64,000 nt of DNA, taken from NCBI GenBank assembly GCA_965208105.1, contig OZ242318.1, positions 3,712,001 to 3,776,000 of the forward strand, read 5' to 3'. The position numbers were made by a program, and so were the translations under genes. This document shows, in pieces, positions 21,100-30,125 of this stretch (the stretch's first letter is position 1; each line of letters begins with the position of its first letter). The notes under the pieces were generated by a model. That model was not told where the DNA came from. It did no database searches and saw only the letters and a program-made list of their open reading frames with translations. Origin of the DNA: Candidatus Latescibacterota bacterium. GTDB taxonomy: Bacteria > Latescibacterota > UBA2968 > UBA8231.

Positions 21100-22077
21100 T
21101 TATTTCTTGCTGGCGGCCACCTTGTTGCGCAGTACGCCGATTTTGGAGATTTCGATTTCCACCCGGTCTTTGGGCTTCATGAACTCGCCCGTGGTGGCGC
21201 CGACCCCGGAGATGGTGCCCGTGCTGATGAGGTCGCCCGGCTCCAGGGTGATGATGGCCGAGATATACTCGATGATCATGGAGACCGGGTAGAGCATCTG
21301 GCCGGTGTTGTTGTGCTGGCGGCGCTCGCCGTTGATGAAGGTGCTGATATCCAGGGTCTGGGGGTCGGGGATCTCGTCGGTGGTGACGATCCAGGGGCCG
21401 TGCGGAGCGAAGGTGTCGAGCCACTTGCCGTTGAGCCAGTCGAACCATTTGTCCTGGTCGCGGCTGTCGGTGCGTTTCTTGATCAGCAGGTCGCGCTCGG
21501 AGACGTCGTTCATGATGGTGTAGCCGGCCACGTACCTGAGGGCGTCCTTGGCCTTCACCCCCTTGGCCTTGCGGCCGATCACCACGGCCAGTTCGCCTTC
21601 CCAGTCAATGGAGCGGGCGACCGGCGGGATCAGGATGCTGTCCTCGGGGTTGATCACCGTGGTGGTGGGGGGCTTCATGAACACCCGCGGTGTCTCCTTG
21701 TCCTGAATCTCCAATTTCCTGGTGCCGCCCTCCTCGATGTGGTCCTGGTAGTTGCCGGCAAGGCAGAAGACCTTGCGCGGGTTGGGGACCGGCGCTCTGA
21801 GTTTGACCCGGCTCACCAGGTGGGTGCGCCTGCCGTCGGCCCTGGGCTCGGACCCCAGGCGTTCCTCCTCCGCATTCGCCGCCTTTTTGGCCGCGGCAAT
21901 GCCCTTCCTGCCTGCTTCGAGCAGGGTGATCATGTCGGTGAAGAAGGGGTGAGGTCTGCGCTTCTCCCGGCGCGCCAGGGCGCGGTCGGCAGCTTTCAGA
22001 TCGACCACGATGCGGCCGTCGGCCACTACGGCGCCCACCGCTTCCTGCTTTTTGATGGCGTAGGTCGTAAGCTTCAT
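21100..22077 (-). CDS. Fumarylacetoacetate hydrolase family protein
   Basis: KVFCLAGNYQDH, DWEGELAVVIG, NDVSERD, TLEPGDLISTGT; start taken at MKLTTY with GGAGG RBS. Confidence 0.92.
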   Translation of the reverse strand: MKLTTYAIKKQEAVGAVVADGRIVVDLKAADRALARREKRRPHPFFTDMITLLEAGRKGIAAAKKAANAEEERLGSEPRADGRRTHLVSRVKLRAPVPNPRKVFCLAGNYQDHIEEGGTRKLEIQDKETPRVFMKPPTTTVINPEDSILIPPVARSIDWEGELAVVIGRKAKGVKAKDALRYVAGYTIMNDVSERDLLIKKRTDSRDQDKWFDWLNGKWLDTFAPHGPWIVTTDEIPDPQTLDISTFINGERRQHNNTGQMLYPVSMIIEYISAIITLEPGDLISTGTISGVGATTGEFMKPKDRVEIEISKIGVLRNKVAASKK

Positions 22078-22340
22078 TCGCTTCCTCCGGGGAAGGTCGT
22101 TGTTGGGGTGCAGTACTTTCCAGTACTTGCTGACAGTCGCTCTCTTGAGCACACTATTCTAAGCCAGGGGAATTGGCCTGTCAAATAATCGGCCACCCCG
22201 CTCGATAACGTCGCCGGCCGTCCGGGTTTCGTTCGGCAGCTGCCGCCCCGCAAGCCCGGAGTGCCGGCCGGATCCCTTCCCGGGACGCGGCTGAAAGGCT
22301 GCCCGGGGCCGGGGTCCCGTCGCCTGGAGGCACCTCCTGC

Positions 22341-22916
22341 ATGGCTGGAAAAATGAACTATTCCCTGCACGAGACCGCGTGCGTGGATGCGCCCTGCGAA
22401 ATCGGGGCGGGGACCAGGATCTGGCATTTTTCCCACATCATGTCCGGCGCGCGCATCGGCGAGAACTGCACCCTGGGCCAGAATGTCCACATCGGCCCCG
22501 GCGTGCGCATCGGCGACGGCTGCAAGATTCAGAACAATGTCTCGGTGTTCAGGGGGGTGACCATGGAGGACCGCGTGTTCTGCGGTCCCTCCGTGGTATT
22601 CACCAATGTGGTCAATCCACGCGCCTTCATCGAACGCAAGCACGAGTTTGAGCCCACCTTGGTCAGGGAAGGCGCCACCCTGGGCGCCAACTCCACCATC
22701 GTCTGCGGAGTCACCATCGGCGCCTATGCCCTCGTCGGCGCCGGCGCGGTGGTCACCGGCGACGTGCCGGACCATGCGCTGGTATACGGGGCTCCTGCCC
22801 GCCGGGAAGGATGGGTTTGCCGCTGCGGCGCCGTCCTGTCCGGGGAGCCTCTCGCCTGCCCGGACTGCGAGTGCCTCTACCGGCTCGACGCGCAGGGCCG
22901 CATCGTCCGGATTTGA
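22341..22916 (+). CDS. Hexapeptide-repeat sugar N-acetyltransferase (WbpD/WlbB-like)
   Basis: [35 protein letters not shown]-terminal CxC...CxxC. Confidence 0.9.
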   Translation: MAGKMNYSLHETACVDAPCEIGAGTRIWHFSHIMSGARIGENCTLGQNVHIGPGVRIGDGCKIQNNVSVFRGVTMEDRVFCGPSVVFTNVVNPRAFIERKHEFEPTLVREGATLGANSTIVCGVTIGAYALVGAGAVVTGDVPDHALVYGAPARREGWVCRCGAVLSGEPLACPDCECLYRLDAQGRIVRI

Positions 22917-23023
22917 GGCCATGCCCTGGTCCGGTGTCGAGGTGCCCGGGCCGGGATGGCGCGGCGCCGGAGGTCAGGGGTATTGGGGGACTAGCAGCCC
23001 GGATGGACTTTATCAACGGGCTG

Positions 23024-23677
23024 TTAGGGAAGGCCGAGGAACTTGTGGATGCGGCAGGATAGGCGCCAGCGGGGATGGCGGGTGAGGATTTCCCGGGCCT
23101 TGCGGAAGTATTGAGGCTCGGAGGATTCGGGCTGGAGATAGACGTGGTCGGCCAGCTCTTCCTGGACCCGGTCTTCGCGGAAGGACTTGCCGACTATGTA
23201 TTTCAATTCGGTGATGCGGACGAATCCATCGACGATGGGAAAGCGCTTTGGAGACACGGTCCAGTGGTCGATCAGGTCGAAGAGGCGTGGATCAGGCCGG
23301 GTGACCCCGTTGGTTTCAATGTGAAGCAGGTAGTCCATTTCCCTGAGCCGGCGGCACAGAGGTTCGATATTCTGGCCCAGTGGCTCGCCCCCCGTAAGGC
23401 AGACCCAGGGAGCGGGATGACCCTGGACCTCGGCGGTGATCTGATCCAGGTCCATCTCGGTGTAGTCGTCGAATTCGGTGTCGCAGAACTTGCAGCGGAG
23501 ATTGCATTTTGCCAGGCGGATGAAGATGGTGGGCTGGCCGACGCGCAGGCCCTCGCCTTCGATCGAGTAGAATATCTCGTTGACCTGCAGGAGTCGTCCG
23601 CCGGGGCGCCAGAGGGGACGGCGGTCGGGGATTTCGTCGGGGATTTCGCCGCTGCGAACGGAAGTGAGTGCTGTCAT
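23024..23677 (-). CDS. queE: 7-carboxy-7-deazaguanine synthase QueE (radical SAM)
   Basis: EIFYSIEGEG, CNLRCKFCDT, LTGGEP, IETNG, VSPK; adjacent to queC; start uncertain. Confidence 0.9.
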   Translation of the reverse strand: MTALTSVRSGEIPDEIPDRRPLWRPGGRLLQVNEIFYSIEGEGLRVGQPTIFIRLAKCNLRCKFCDTEFDDYTEMDLDQITAEVQGHPAPWVCLTGGEPLGQNIEPLCRRLREMDYLLHIETNGVTRPDPRLFDLIDHWTVSPKRFPIVDGFVRITELKYIVGKSFREDRVQEELADHVYLQPESSEPQYFRKAREILTRHPRWRLSCRIHKFLGLP

Positions 23678-23884
23678 CGAGGTCTTGTCGTCTGGTGCCG
23701 GCGTGATGGGCTGCGGTGGTCGGCGGCGAGGCGGGACCAGGTCCCCGGGACCTGGCGGGGGTCGGCCGCAAGCTCGGCCCCCGGGCCGGACTCCCGTGCC
23801 CATGGATGATCCGGTATGGGCGCTGGCCTCCGCGGCCCCGGACCAGCTCCCCCGGGTCTTGCGGAATTGCCACCGGGCGCAGGG

Positions 23885-24052
23885 CTAGTGTGCCGTCGCA
23901 GAGATAGGTTGACGCAATTGGGCCGCCGAGGCGCCAGGCTCACAAGGCGCCTGAGCAAGTCGTACCAGTGGTGTACGGCGAGTGAAGGCAACGCCGTGAG
24001 CCGGGATGGATCGGCGGAATAATGGCGACATATTTCTGCGACTGCACACTAG
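23885..24052. mobile_element. 168-bp palindromic MITE-like element with CTAG ends
   Basis: Left end CTAGTGTGCCGTCGCAGAGATAGGT versus reverse complement of right end CTAGTGTGCAGTCGCAGAAATATGT (22/25); inner arms also pair. Confidence 0.75.
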
Positions 24053-24077
24053 AAACAAAGGGGAAGCGGGAATCCGG

Positions 24078-24764
24078 TCAAGATTCCCCGCGCCAGGGGA
24101 CCTGGACCTCGTAGTCCAGCGGGTCGCGGACTTCGTTGGCGCGAAAGGCCGCGATGCGCTCGGCGCAGGCGTCACAGCGTCCGCAGGCCGGCCGCCGGCC
24201 CTGGTAGCAGGTGTGGGTGAGTTCGTAGGGCACCTCCAGTTCAAGACCCAGGGCGATGACCTCGGTCTTCCACTTCTCGACGAAGGGGGTGTGGACCTTG
24301 AAGGGAAGGGGTTGGGAGGCTCCCAGCCGCAGGGCTTGTTCCAGGATGTCGTAGAACTCCCGCCGGCAGTCCCTGTAGGCCTCGTGGTCGTCGCGCACGG
24401 GTGCGATGTAGAGGTCGTGAATGCCGCGGGTCTCGGCGTAGGCGGCGGCCGCGGTGACGAGGAGCATGTTGCGCATCGGGACGACCGTGCTGCCCTGGCG
24501 CCTGTCGAGGGCGGCCGGGACTTCGACCCGGGCATCGGTGAGAGGATTGCCGGCGATGGAGGTGAGGTCGAGCTTGATGACCTTGTGACCGCGGGCGCCG
24601 GCGCGGGCGCTCAGGCGGGCGGCGTATTCGAGCTCGATGCGGTGGCGCTGGTGGTAGTCGACGGAGATGGTGAAGATGTCGCCGGTGATGTGCTTTTTGA
24701 TCCACCACAGGCAGGTGGCCGAGTCCATGCCGCCGCTGAGTAGGAGGGCTGCGCTCGAGGACAT
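24078..24764 (-). CDS. queC: 7-cyano-7-deazaguanine synthase QueC
   Basis: LLSGGMDS, YHQRH, VPMRN, YRDCR, THTCY..CGRCDAC. Confidence 0.95.
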   Translation of the reverse strand: MSSSAALLLSGGMDSATCLWWIKKHITGDIFTISVDYHQRHRIELEYAARLSARAGARGHKVIKLDLTSIAGNPLTDARVEVPAALDRRQGSTVVPMRNMLLVTAAAAYAETRGIHDLYIAPVRDDHEAYRDCRREFYDILEQALRLGASQPLPFKVHTPFVEKWKTEVIALGLELEVPYELTHTCYQGRRPACGRCDACAERIAAFRANEVRDPLDYEVQVPWRGES

Positions 24765-24966
24765 GGTTATTGAATGCCCGGAAATAGATCGGGCTTGAAG
24801 TTGGATTGGTCTCTATATTAGTGTCTGGGAAAGGGGACGGCCCACAGGTGGTCCCCGGGTTGATGATAAGGCCCGCGGCAGGAGGAATCAAGGAAGAAGC
24901 CGCAAGGACGGGTCCCTCCACCGGGCCGGAGAAACGGGAAGTTCATCCACTTCCATTCGACAGCCG

Positions 24967-25680
24967 ATGACTGAGCAGATCAAGGTGGATCCTGTCCGGG
25001 ACGGTTCGGGGGGCAAGCCGAAACTGAGACCGCTGGTCAGGTTGCGCAGGACGATTACCGCGGGAATAACCATCATCGTTCCCCTGTGGATCACGGTTTT
25101 CGTGCTGGCGAAGCTCTTCAACTGGGCGGACGGCTTTTCCTCGCCCCTCATCAGGCAGTTCGTCGGCAAGCTCGGCTATCCCGACTTTCACATTCCCGGG
25201 CTGGGGTTCCTCCTCACCTTCGTCATTCTTTGGGTGGTGGGGGCATTCACCACAAATGTGGTGGGAAAGCGGGTGCTGCAGAACGCCCGGGAGGCCCTGG
25301 AACGGCTGCCGGTGGTGCGCACCATCTATACTCCCGTGCAGACCCTCATGGATACCATGACCTCCCCGCAGAAGGCTGGTTTCAAGAAGGTGGTCATGGT
25401 GGAATACCCGCGCAAAGGCACCTGGGCCCTTGGTTTTCTCGCCTGCGATGTTCCCCGGGAGGGGAATGACGGCGAGGCCTATAGCATCTTCGTACCCACG
25501 GCGCCCAACCCCACCACCGGTTTCATCCTGATCGTCTCCGGGGAGGAGATAAGGAACACCGACCTCAGCGTGGAGGCGGGGTTTCAACTGATGCTGTCGG
25601 GCGGGGTGGCGGTGCCCCCTTCCCTGACCATGCCGGCGGATTCCCCGGACGGTCAGCCTGCCGAACGCGGTCCCTCCTGA
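24967..25680 (+). CDS. DUF502 family membrane protein
   Basis: Two TM helices, RLPVVRTIY, VEYPRKG, FVPTAPNPTTGF. Confidence 0.9.
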   Translation: MTEQIKVDPVRDGSGGKPKLRPLVRLRRTITAGITIIVPLWITVFVLAKLFNWADGFSSPLIRQFVGKLGYPDFHIPGLGFLLTFVILWVVGAFTTNVVGKRVLQNAREALERLPVVRTIYTPVQTLMDTMTSPQKAGFKKVVMVEYPRKGTWALGFLACDVPREGNDGEAYSIFVPTAPNPTTGFILIVSGEEIRNTDLSVEAGFQLMLSGGVAVPPSLTMPADSPDGQPAERGPS

Positions 25681-25781
25681 AATACACCCTCCGGCCGCAA
25701 CCCGGGCCCGGTTGCGGCCTGGCCGCGCCCGGTCATGCGCCATCCCCCACCTGACCTGGAGGGGAAGGCGCGTCTCACAGC

Positions 25782-27374
25782 TCAGGCCCCGGGACCCTGC
25801 CGCCCCGGTCCCGCATCCTTGAGCTCGGGAGCATGGTCTTCGTACTGCGCGAAGTGCTCGTTGAAGAGGCGTACCAGGTCCTCGGCCCTGGCGTCGTAGG
25901 CTCGAAGGTCCTTCCAGGTGTCGCGCGGCCGCAGGACCGCCGGCGGGACGCCCGGGCATTCGATGGGGACCTCCAACCTGAAGACAGGATCCGCTGCGCA
26001 GGCGGCCTCGTCGAGGGCGCCGTCCAGAATGGCGGACACGATGGCGCGGGTGTGGGTAATGGAAATGCGCTTCCCCTCGCCGTATGATCCGCCGCTCCAG
26101 CCGGTGTTCACCAGCCAGCAGCGCGTTTCGTAGCGGCGCACCTTCTCGCCGAGTTGACGGGCGTAGAAAATGGGATGCAGGGCCATGAAGGGCGCCCCGA
26201 AACAGGGAGAGAAGGTGGCCTTCGGTTCCTTGATGCCGCGCTCGGTGCCCGCCACCTTGGCGGTGTAGCCCGAGATGAAGTGGTACATGGCCTGTTGGGG
26301 ATTGAGCCGGGCGACCGGGGGCAGCACCCCGAAGGCGTCGCAGGTGAGCATGATGAGGTGGTTGGGATGGGAACCGCGCCCTGCGGGACTGGCGTTGGGT
26401 ATGTAGCTCACGGGGTAGGAGGCGCGCGTGTTTTCGGTGAGGCTGTCGTCGTCGAGGTCCACCCTCCGCGTCTGCGGATCGACGACGACGTTCTCCAGGA
26501 TGGTGCCGAAGCGGCGGGTGGCGGCGTGAATCTCGGGCTCGGCCCGGGCGCTCAAACGGATGACCTTGGCATAGCATCCCCCCTCGAAATTGAATATCCC
26601 CGAATCGCTCCAGCCGTGCTCGTCGTCGCCGATCAGGACGCGCTCGGAACTGGCGGAGAGGGTAGTTTTGCCGGTGCCCGACAGGCCGAAGAAGAGGGCG
26701 GTCTCTCCCCCGGAGCCCTTGTTGGCCGAACAGTGCATGCTCAACACCCCCTGCTTGGGGAGGAGGTAGTTGAGGATGGAGAAGATGGCTTTTTTGAGCT
26801 CGCCGGCATAGCTGGTTCCACCAATGAGAATGAGCTTGCGATGGAAATGCACCAGGATGAATGTCTCGGAGCGGGTGTGGTCCTGCGCGGGGACGGCCTT
26901 GCAACCCGGTGCGTAGAGCACGTGCCAATCGGGTTCGAATGCGCCCGGGCGCCGGGGATCGGGTTCCTTGAGGAACATGTTCCGGGCGAAGAGACTGTGC
27001 CAGGCCAGTTCGGTGACGGCGCGGATGGAGAGGGAGTATTGCGGGTCGGTTCCGGCATGGCAGTCCTGAACGTAGAGATCGCGTCCGCGGAGGTAGGCCT
27101 GCAGGCGCGCCAGAATGGCGTCGAAGTGCTCCTCGGCGAACCCCCGGTTGACCTTGCCCCACCAGATGTCCTCCTCGGAGGAGGGCTCGCGCACGATGAA
27201 CTTGTCATCGGGGGAACGTCCCGTGTATTGTCCGGTATCGACTACCACCGGGCCGAGATGAGAGAGCGTCCCTTCTCCGCGGCGCACAATTTCTTCATAG
27301 AGGCGTGGTGTGGAATAATTGTGGTGAATTCGACCGAGGTTGTTCAGTCCTAGGCAGGTCAGGTCCAGGGACAT
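25782..27374 (-). CDS. pckA: Phosphoenolpyruvate carboxykinase (ATP)
   Basis: TGRSP, YAGELKK, GLSGTGKTTLS, LIGDDEHGW, NFEGGCYAK. Confidence 0.97.
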   Translation of the reverse strand: MSLDLTCLGLNNLGRIHHNYSTPRLYEEIVRRGEGTLSHLGPVVVDTGQYTGRSPDDKFIVREPSSEEDIWWGKVNRGFAEEHFDAILARLQAYLRGRDLYVQDCHAGTDPQYSLSIRAVTELAWHSLFARNMFLKEPDPRRPGAFEPDWHVLYAPGCKAVPAQDHTRSETFILVHFHRKLILIGGTSYAGELKKAIFSILNYLLPKQGVLSMHCSANKGSGGETALFFGLSGTGKTTLSASSERVLIGDDEHGWSDSGIFNFEGGCYAKVIRLSARAEPEIHAATRRFGTILENVVVDPQTRRVDLDDDSLTENTRASYPVSYIPNASPAGRGSHPNHLIMLTCDAFGVLPPVARLNPQQAMYHFISGYTAKVAGTERGIKEPKATFSPCFGAPFMALHPIFYARQLGEKVRRYETRCWLVNTGWSGGSYGEGKRISITHTRAIVSAILDGALDEAACAADPVFRLEVPIECPGVPPAVLRPRDTWKDLRAYDARAEDLVRLFNEHFAQYEDHAPELKDAGPGRQGPGA

Positions 27375-27505
27375 TGCACCCCCCTTCGGCGCGCAGAAAG
27401 GCGCGTAAAAACATAAAACGTATTGTATTTATTAGGCTTATTTTAACCAATGCGATATGGTTCGTCAATCGAAAAGTCAATAGAGGTTCGTCTTCACCAT
27501 GAGTG

Positions 27506-27559
27506 CGCCAAAATGGCAGCATGTGCCTGAGATGCTTCGGAGAGCATGTCAATTTGGCA
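27506..27559. promoter_or_regulatory. Two imperfect palindromes, candidate enhancer (UAS) sites for a sigma54 activator
   Basis: CGCCAAAATGGCA (27506-27518) and TGTCAATTTGGCA (27547-27559), 41 bp apart, 110-165 bp upstream of the -24 box. Confidence 0.45.
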
Positions 27560-27668
27560 TTTAATTTACTCGCTTGCTCCCTCCTCGTCTGAGCAGGAAT
27601 TGGAAAAATTTTCTTAACCCTAATATCAACAATAATTTATTATCCATTTCCGAAACTATGGAAGACGG

Positions 27669-27685
27669 TTGGCATCTTCTTTGCA
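27669..27685 (+). promoter_or_regulatory. Sigma54 (-24/-12) promoter of hsp20
   Basis: TTGGCATCTTCTTTGCA has exact GG-N10-GC spacing and matches TGGCAC-N5-TTGCW. Confidence 0.75.
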
Positions 27686-27762
27686 AGTATTGGGGGTGAG
27701 TAGTTGAGATTGCGGTCATGGTCCGCACAAACCCATCAAAACCTTTCAAGGAGGAAGTCAAC

Positions 27763-28212
27763 ATGGTAACCAGGACCTTTCTACCCACGGTTTTCGGAAC
27801 CTCGCTGCGGGCATTGAGCCCGAGGGAAGCCTTCAACCGCGAGGTCGGCCGCCTCTTCAACGGCAACTGGTACTCCGCATCGGACGAGTACCCGGCGCTG
27901 AACGTCAAGAGCGACGAGAACGAGGTGGCGGTATTGGCTGAGCTGCCGGGATTCGACCCCGGCGACATCGAAATTGCCGTCGAGGCCAACATCCTGACCC
28001 TGCGGGGTTCCCGCGAGGGCGAGGAGTTGAAGGAGGGGGAAGCCTACCATCGCCGCGAGCGCTGGAGCGGCCGGTTCGAAAGAGCCATTGCCCTGCCCTT
28101 CAAGGTGGACAGCGACAAGGTCGAGGCCGAGTTCCGCCAGGGCGAGCTGGCGATCAGGCTGCCGCGGGCGGAATCACACAAGCCCAGGAAGATAGCCATC
28201 AGGGCATCCTGA
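27763..28212 (+). CDS. Hsp20/alpha-crystallin small heat-shock protein
   Basis: YPALNV, AELPG, RRERWSGRFERAIALP, GELAIRLP; AGGAGG RBS before ATG 27763. Confidence 0.93.
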   Translation: MVTRTFLPTVFGTSLRALSPREAFNREVGRLFNGNWYSASDEYPALNVKSDENEVAVLAELPGFDPGDIEIAVEANILTLRGSREGEELKEGEAYHRRERWSGRFERAIALPFKVDSDKVEAEFRQGELAIRLPRAESHKPRKIAIRAS

Positions 28213-28254
28213 GGACCCCGCCATCCCCCTGGCGCTCGCCCGTCGAGCCAAGTG

Positions 28255-28296
28255 CGAATGCCCCTTGCACCTGCTGGTGCAAGGGGCATTCGTTTG
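28255..28296. terminator. Intrinsic terminator between convergent genes
   Basis: Perfect 17-bp stem CGAATGCCCCTTGCACC/GGTGCAAGGGGCATTCG, 4-nt loop, followed by TTTG. Confidence 0.75.
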
Positions 28297-28332
28297 TGGA
28301 TGGATTGGAGGTATTCCTGGCTGCTTGAGTCG

Positions 28333-29022
28333 TTAGTCGTTGGAGCTGCCTCGCAGGATGAGCAGGCGCAGAAGTTGCATCAGTGCCATGGCCGTGGCCG
28401 CCACGTAGGTGAGGGCGGCGGCGTTGAGGACCTTGCGCGCAAGGCGGCCTTCGTCGGCGGCCAGGTAGCGCCCGTCTACCAGCAGTCCCATGGCCCGTGA
28501 ACTGGCGTTGAACTCCACCGGCAGGGTGATGATCTGGAAGACCACGGCCGCTGCGAAGAACAGAATGCCGAGATCCATCAGGGCAGGGGCCTGAAAGAAG
28601 AAGCCGGCGAGAAGGAGGGGAAAGGCCAGGGTCGACCCCAGGTTGGCCACCGGCAGAATGGTGTGGCGCAGGTGAAGGGGGAAGTACCCGTAGGCGTGCT
28701 GGATGGCGTGTCCCACCTCGTGGGCGGCGATGGCGAGACCGGCCAGGTGGCGCCCGTGGTAGATCCCCGAGGACAGGCGCACAACCTTTTCGCGGGGGTC
28801 GTAGTGGTCCGAGAGATTGCCCCCCACCTCCTCGACGGCCACGTCGTGGATTCCGTTCTGCGAGAGAAGGCGGCGCGCCGTCTGGACTCCGGAAAGCCCC
28901 GACGAGGAGGCCACCTGGCTGAACCGGGAATAGGCTTTGCGCACCTTGAACTGGGCGTAGACGGCCAGGATGATACAGGGAACCAGCAAAACCATGGTTG
29001 GGTCCCAGAATGGAAAGAACAT
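28333..29022 (-). CDS. Membrane neutral zinc metallopeptidase (YugP-like)
   Basis: LSDHYDP, AAHEVGHAIQH, TLPVEFNASSRA, AAALTYVAA. Confidence 0.93.
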   Translation of the reverse strand: MFFPFWDPTMVLLVPCIILAVYAQFKVRKAYSRFSQVASSSGLSGVQTARRLLSQNGIHDVAVEEVGGNLSDHYDPREKVVRLSSGIYHGRHLAGLAIAAHEVGHAIQHAYGYFPLHLRHTILPVANLGSTLAFPLLLAGFFFQAPALMDLGILFFAAAVVFQIITLPVEFNASSRAMGLLVDGRYLAADEGRLARKVLNAAALTYVAATAMALMQLLRLLILRGSSND

Positions 29023-29276
29023 GAGGAACCTACCTCCTCAGGACGTTGTGGAATTGGGGTCGGGGCGATGGGCCTGGGGACGATTGAAAATATAATCATC
29101 CCGGACGAAATAGAAAGCCCTGCCCATGTCCCTGGGACGATGGAATCCAGGCCGCGGTTCCGCCCGGGCGCAAGGGAGGGGGGACCTGGCTGGGGGGAAT
29201 CAGGCCGGTCTTGCTGACAATCCGGTTCTAACAGAACTTAAAATGCGACGTTCACAGGTAACGGGAGGGAATGGCA

Positions 29277-30122
29277 ATGACCAGGTTCCAATGGATTGCC
29301 GCCGCATGGGCGTGTGGCGCGGTTTGCGCGGGGGCGGACGTCTACTACGTGGAGGAGGTCGTCAACTCCGGACTCGGGGCTTCCCGGAGTGGAGCGCGCA
29401 AGACCATCAACAAGGTCTACATCAAGGGGAAAGAGCAGAAGGTCGAGAGCACCATCGAGGCCGGCAAGGAGACCGCCCGCACCCTGCGCCAGCAGGGACA
29501 GTCCCTCGACACCAGCACCATCCTGAAGCTGGACGACGGTACCGTCTATAATATCGACCGGGTGGACCACACCTTCCGGCAGCAGAAGCTGCCCGCAGCC
29601 AAACCTGTGGCCGGCCGGCCGGCGCCCGCCCCCGGCGCTCCCGAGATCAACTTCAGAATCAAGGAGCTGCCCGATACCACCCGCGTCGCCGGCATTTTGT
29701 GCCGCCGCGTCGCCGCCGAGATGCGCGCCCGCTACTACAAGCCGGGCACCCGGAAGTTGCGCCAGGAGAACCGCTATCTCTACCAGGCATGGGTCGGCCG
29801 GGACTTCCCGGGATACGGGGAGATCAGGAGCTTTCAGGAGCTTCACCTGCGCACCACCTCCTACCCTCCCCTTATCAGCGGCAGTCTCGACCAGCTCAAA
29901 GGGCTTGTGGACGACTACGAAGATCTTGCCGCCGAGATCGACAAGAGCCGGGCGCTGGATGGTTTTGTCCTGGGTTCGACTCTCAAGGTCTACACCCGGG
30001 GCGCGGGAGGCAAGGAAAAGCAGATCTTCCAACTGTCGCGGAAGGTCAAATCGTTCTCCAACGACGCGCTGCCCGATTCCCTGTTCGAGATGGACAAAAC
30101 CCTCAGGCGGGTCAAGAATTAA
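29277..30122 (+). CDS. Secreted hypothetical protein (DUF4412-like)
   Basis: Signal peptide, TTRVAGILCRR, C-terminal LPDSLFE; GGAGG RBS; first gene of the tamB/tamA-like run. Confidence 0.7.
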   Translation: MTRFQWIAAAWACGAVCAGADVYYVEEVVNSGLGASRSGARKTINKVYIKGKEQKVESTIEAGKETARTLRQQGQSLDTSTILKLDDGTVYNIDRVDHTFRQQKLPAAKPVAGRPAPAPGAPEINFRIKELPDTTRVAGILCRRVAAEMRARYYKPGTRKLRQENRYLYQAWVGRDFPGYGEIRSFQELHLRTTSYPPLISGSLDQLKGLVDDYEDLAAEIDKSRALDGFVLGSTLKVYTRGAGGKEKQIFQLSRKVKSFSNDALPDSLFEMDKTLRRVKN

Positions 30123-30125
30123 GCC

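Noticed and set aside
24765-24900. preQ1 riboswitch upstream of queC
   Set aside because: No recognisable preQ1 aptamer stem with A-rich tail on the minus strand.
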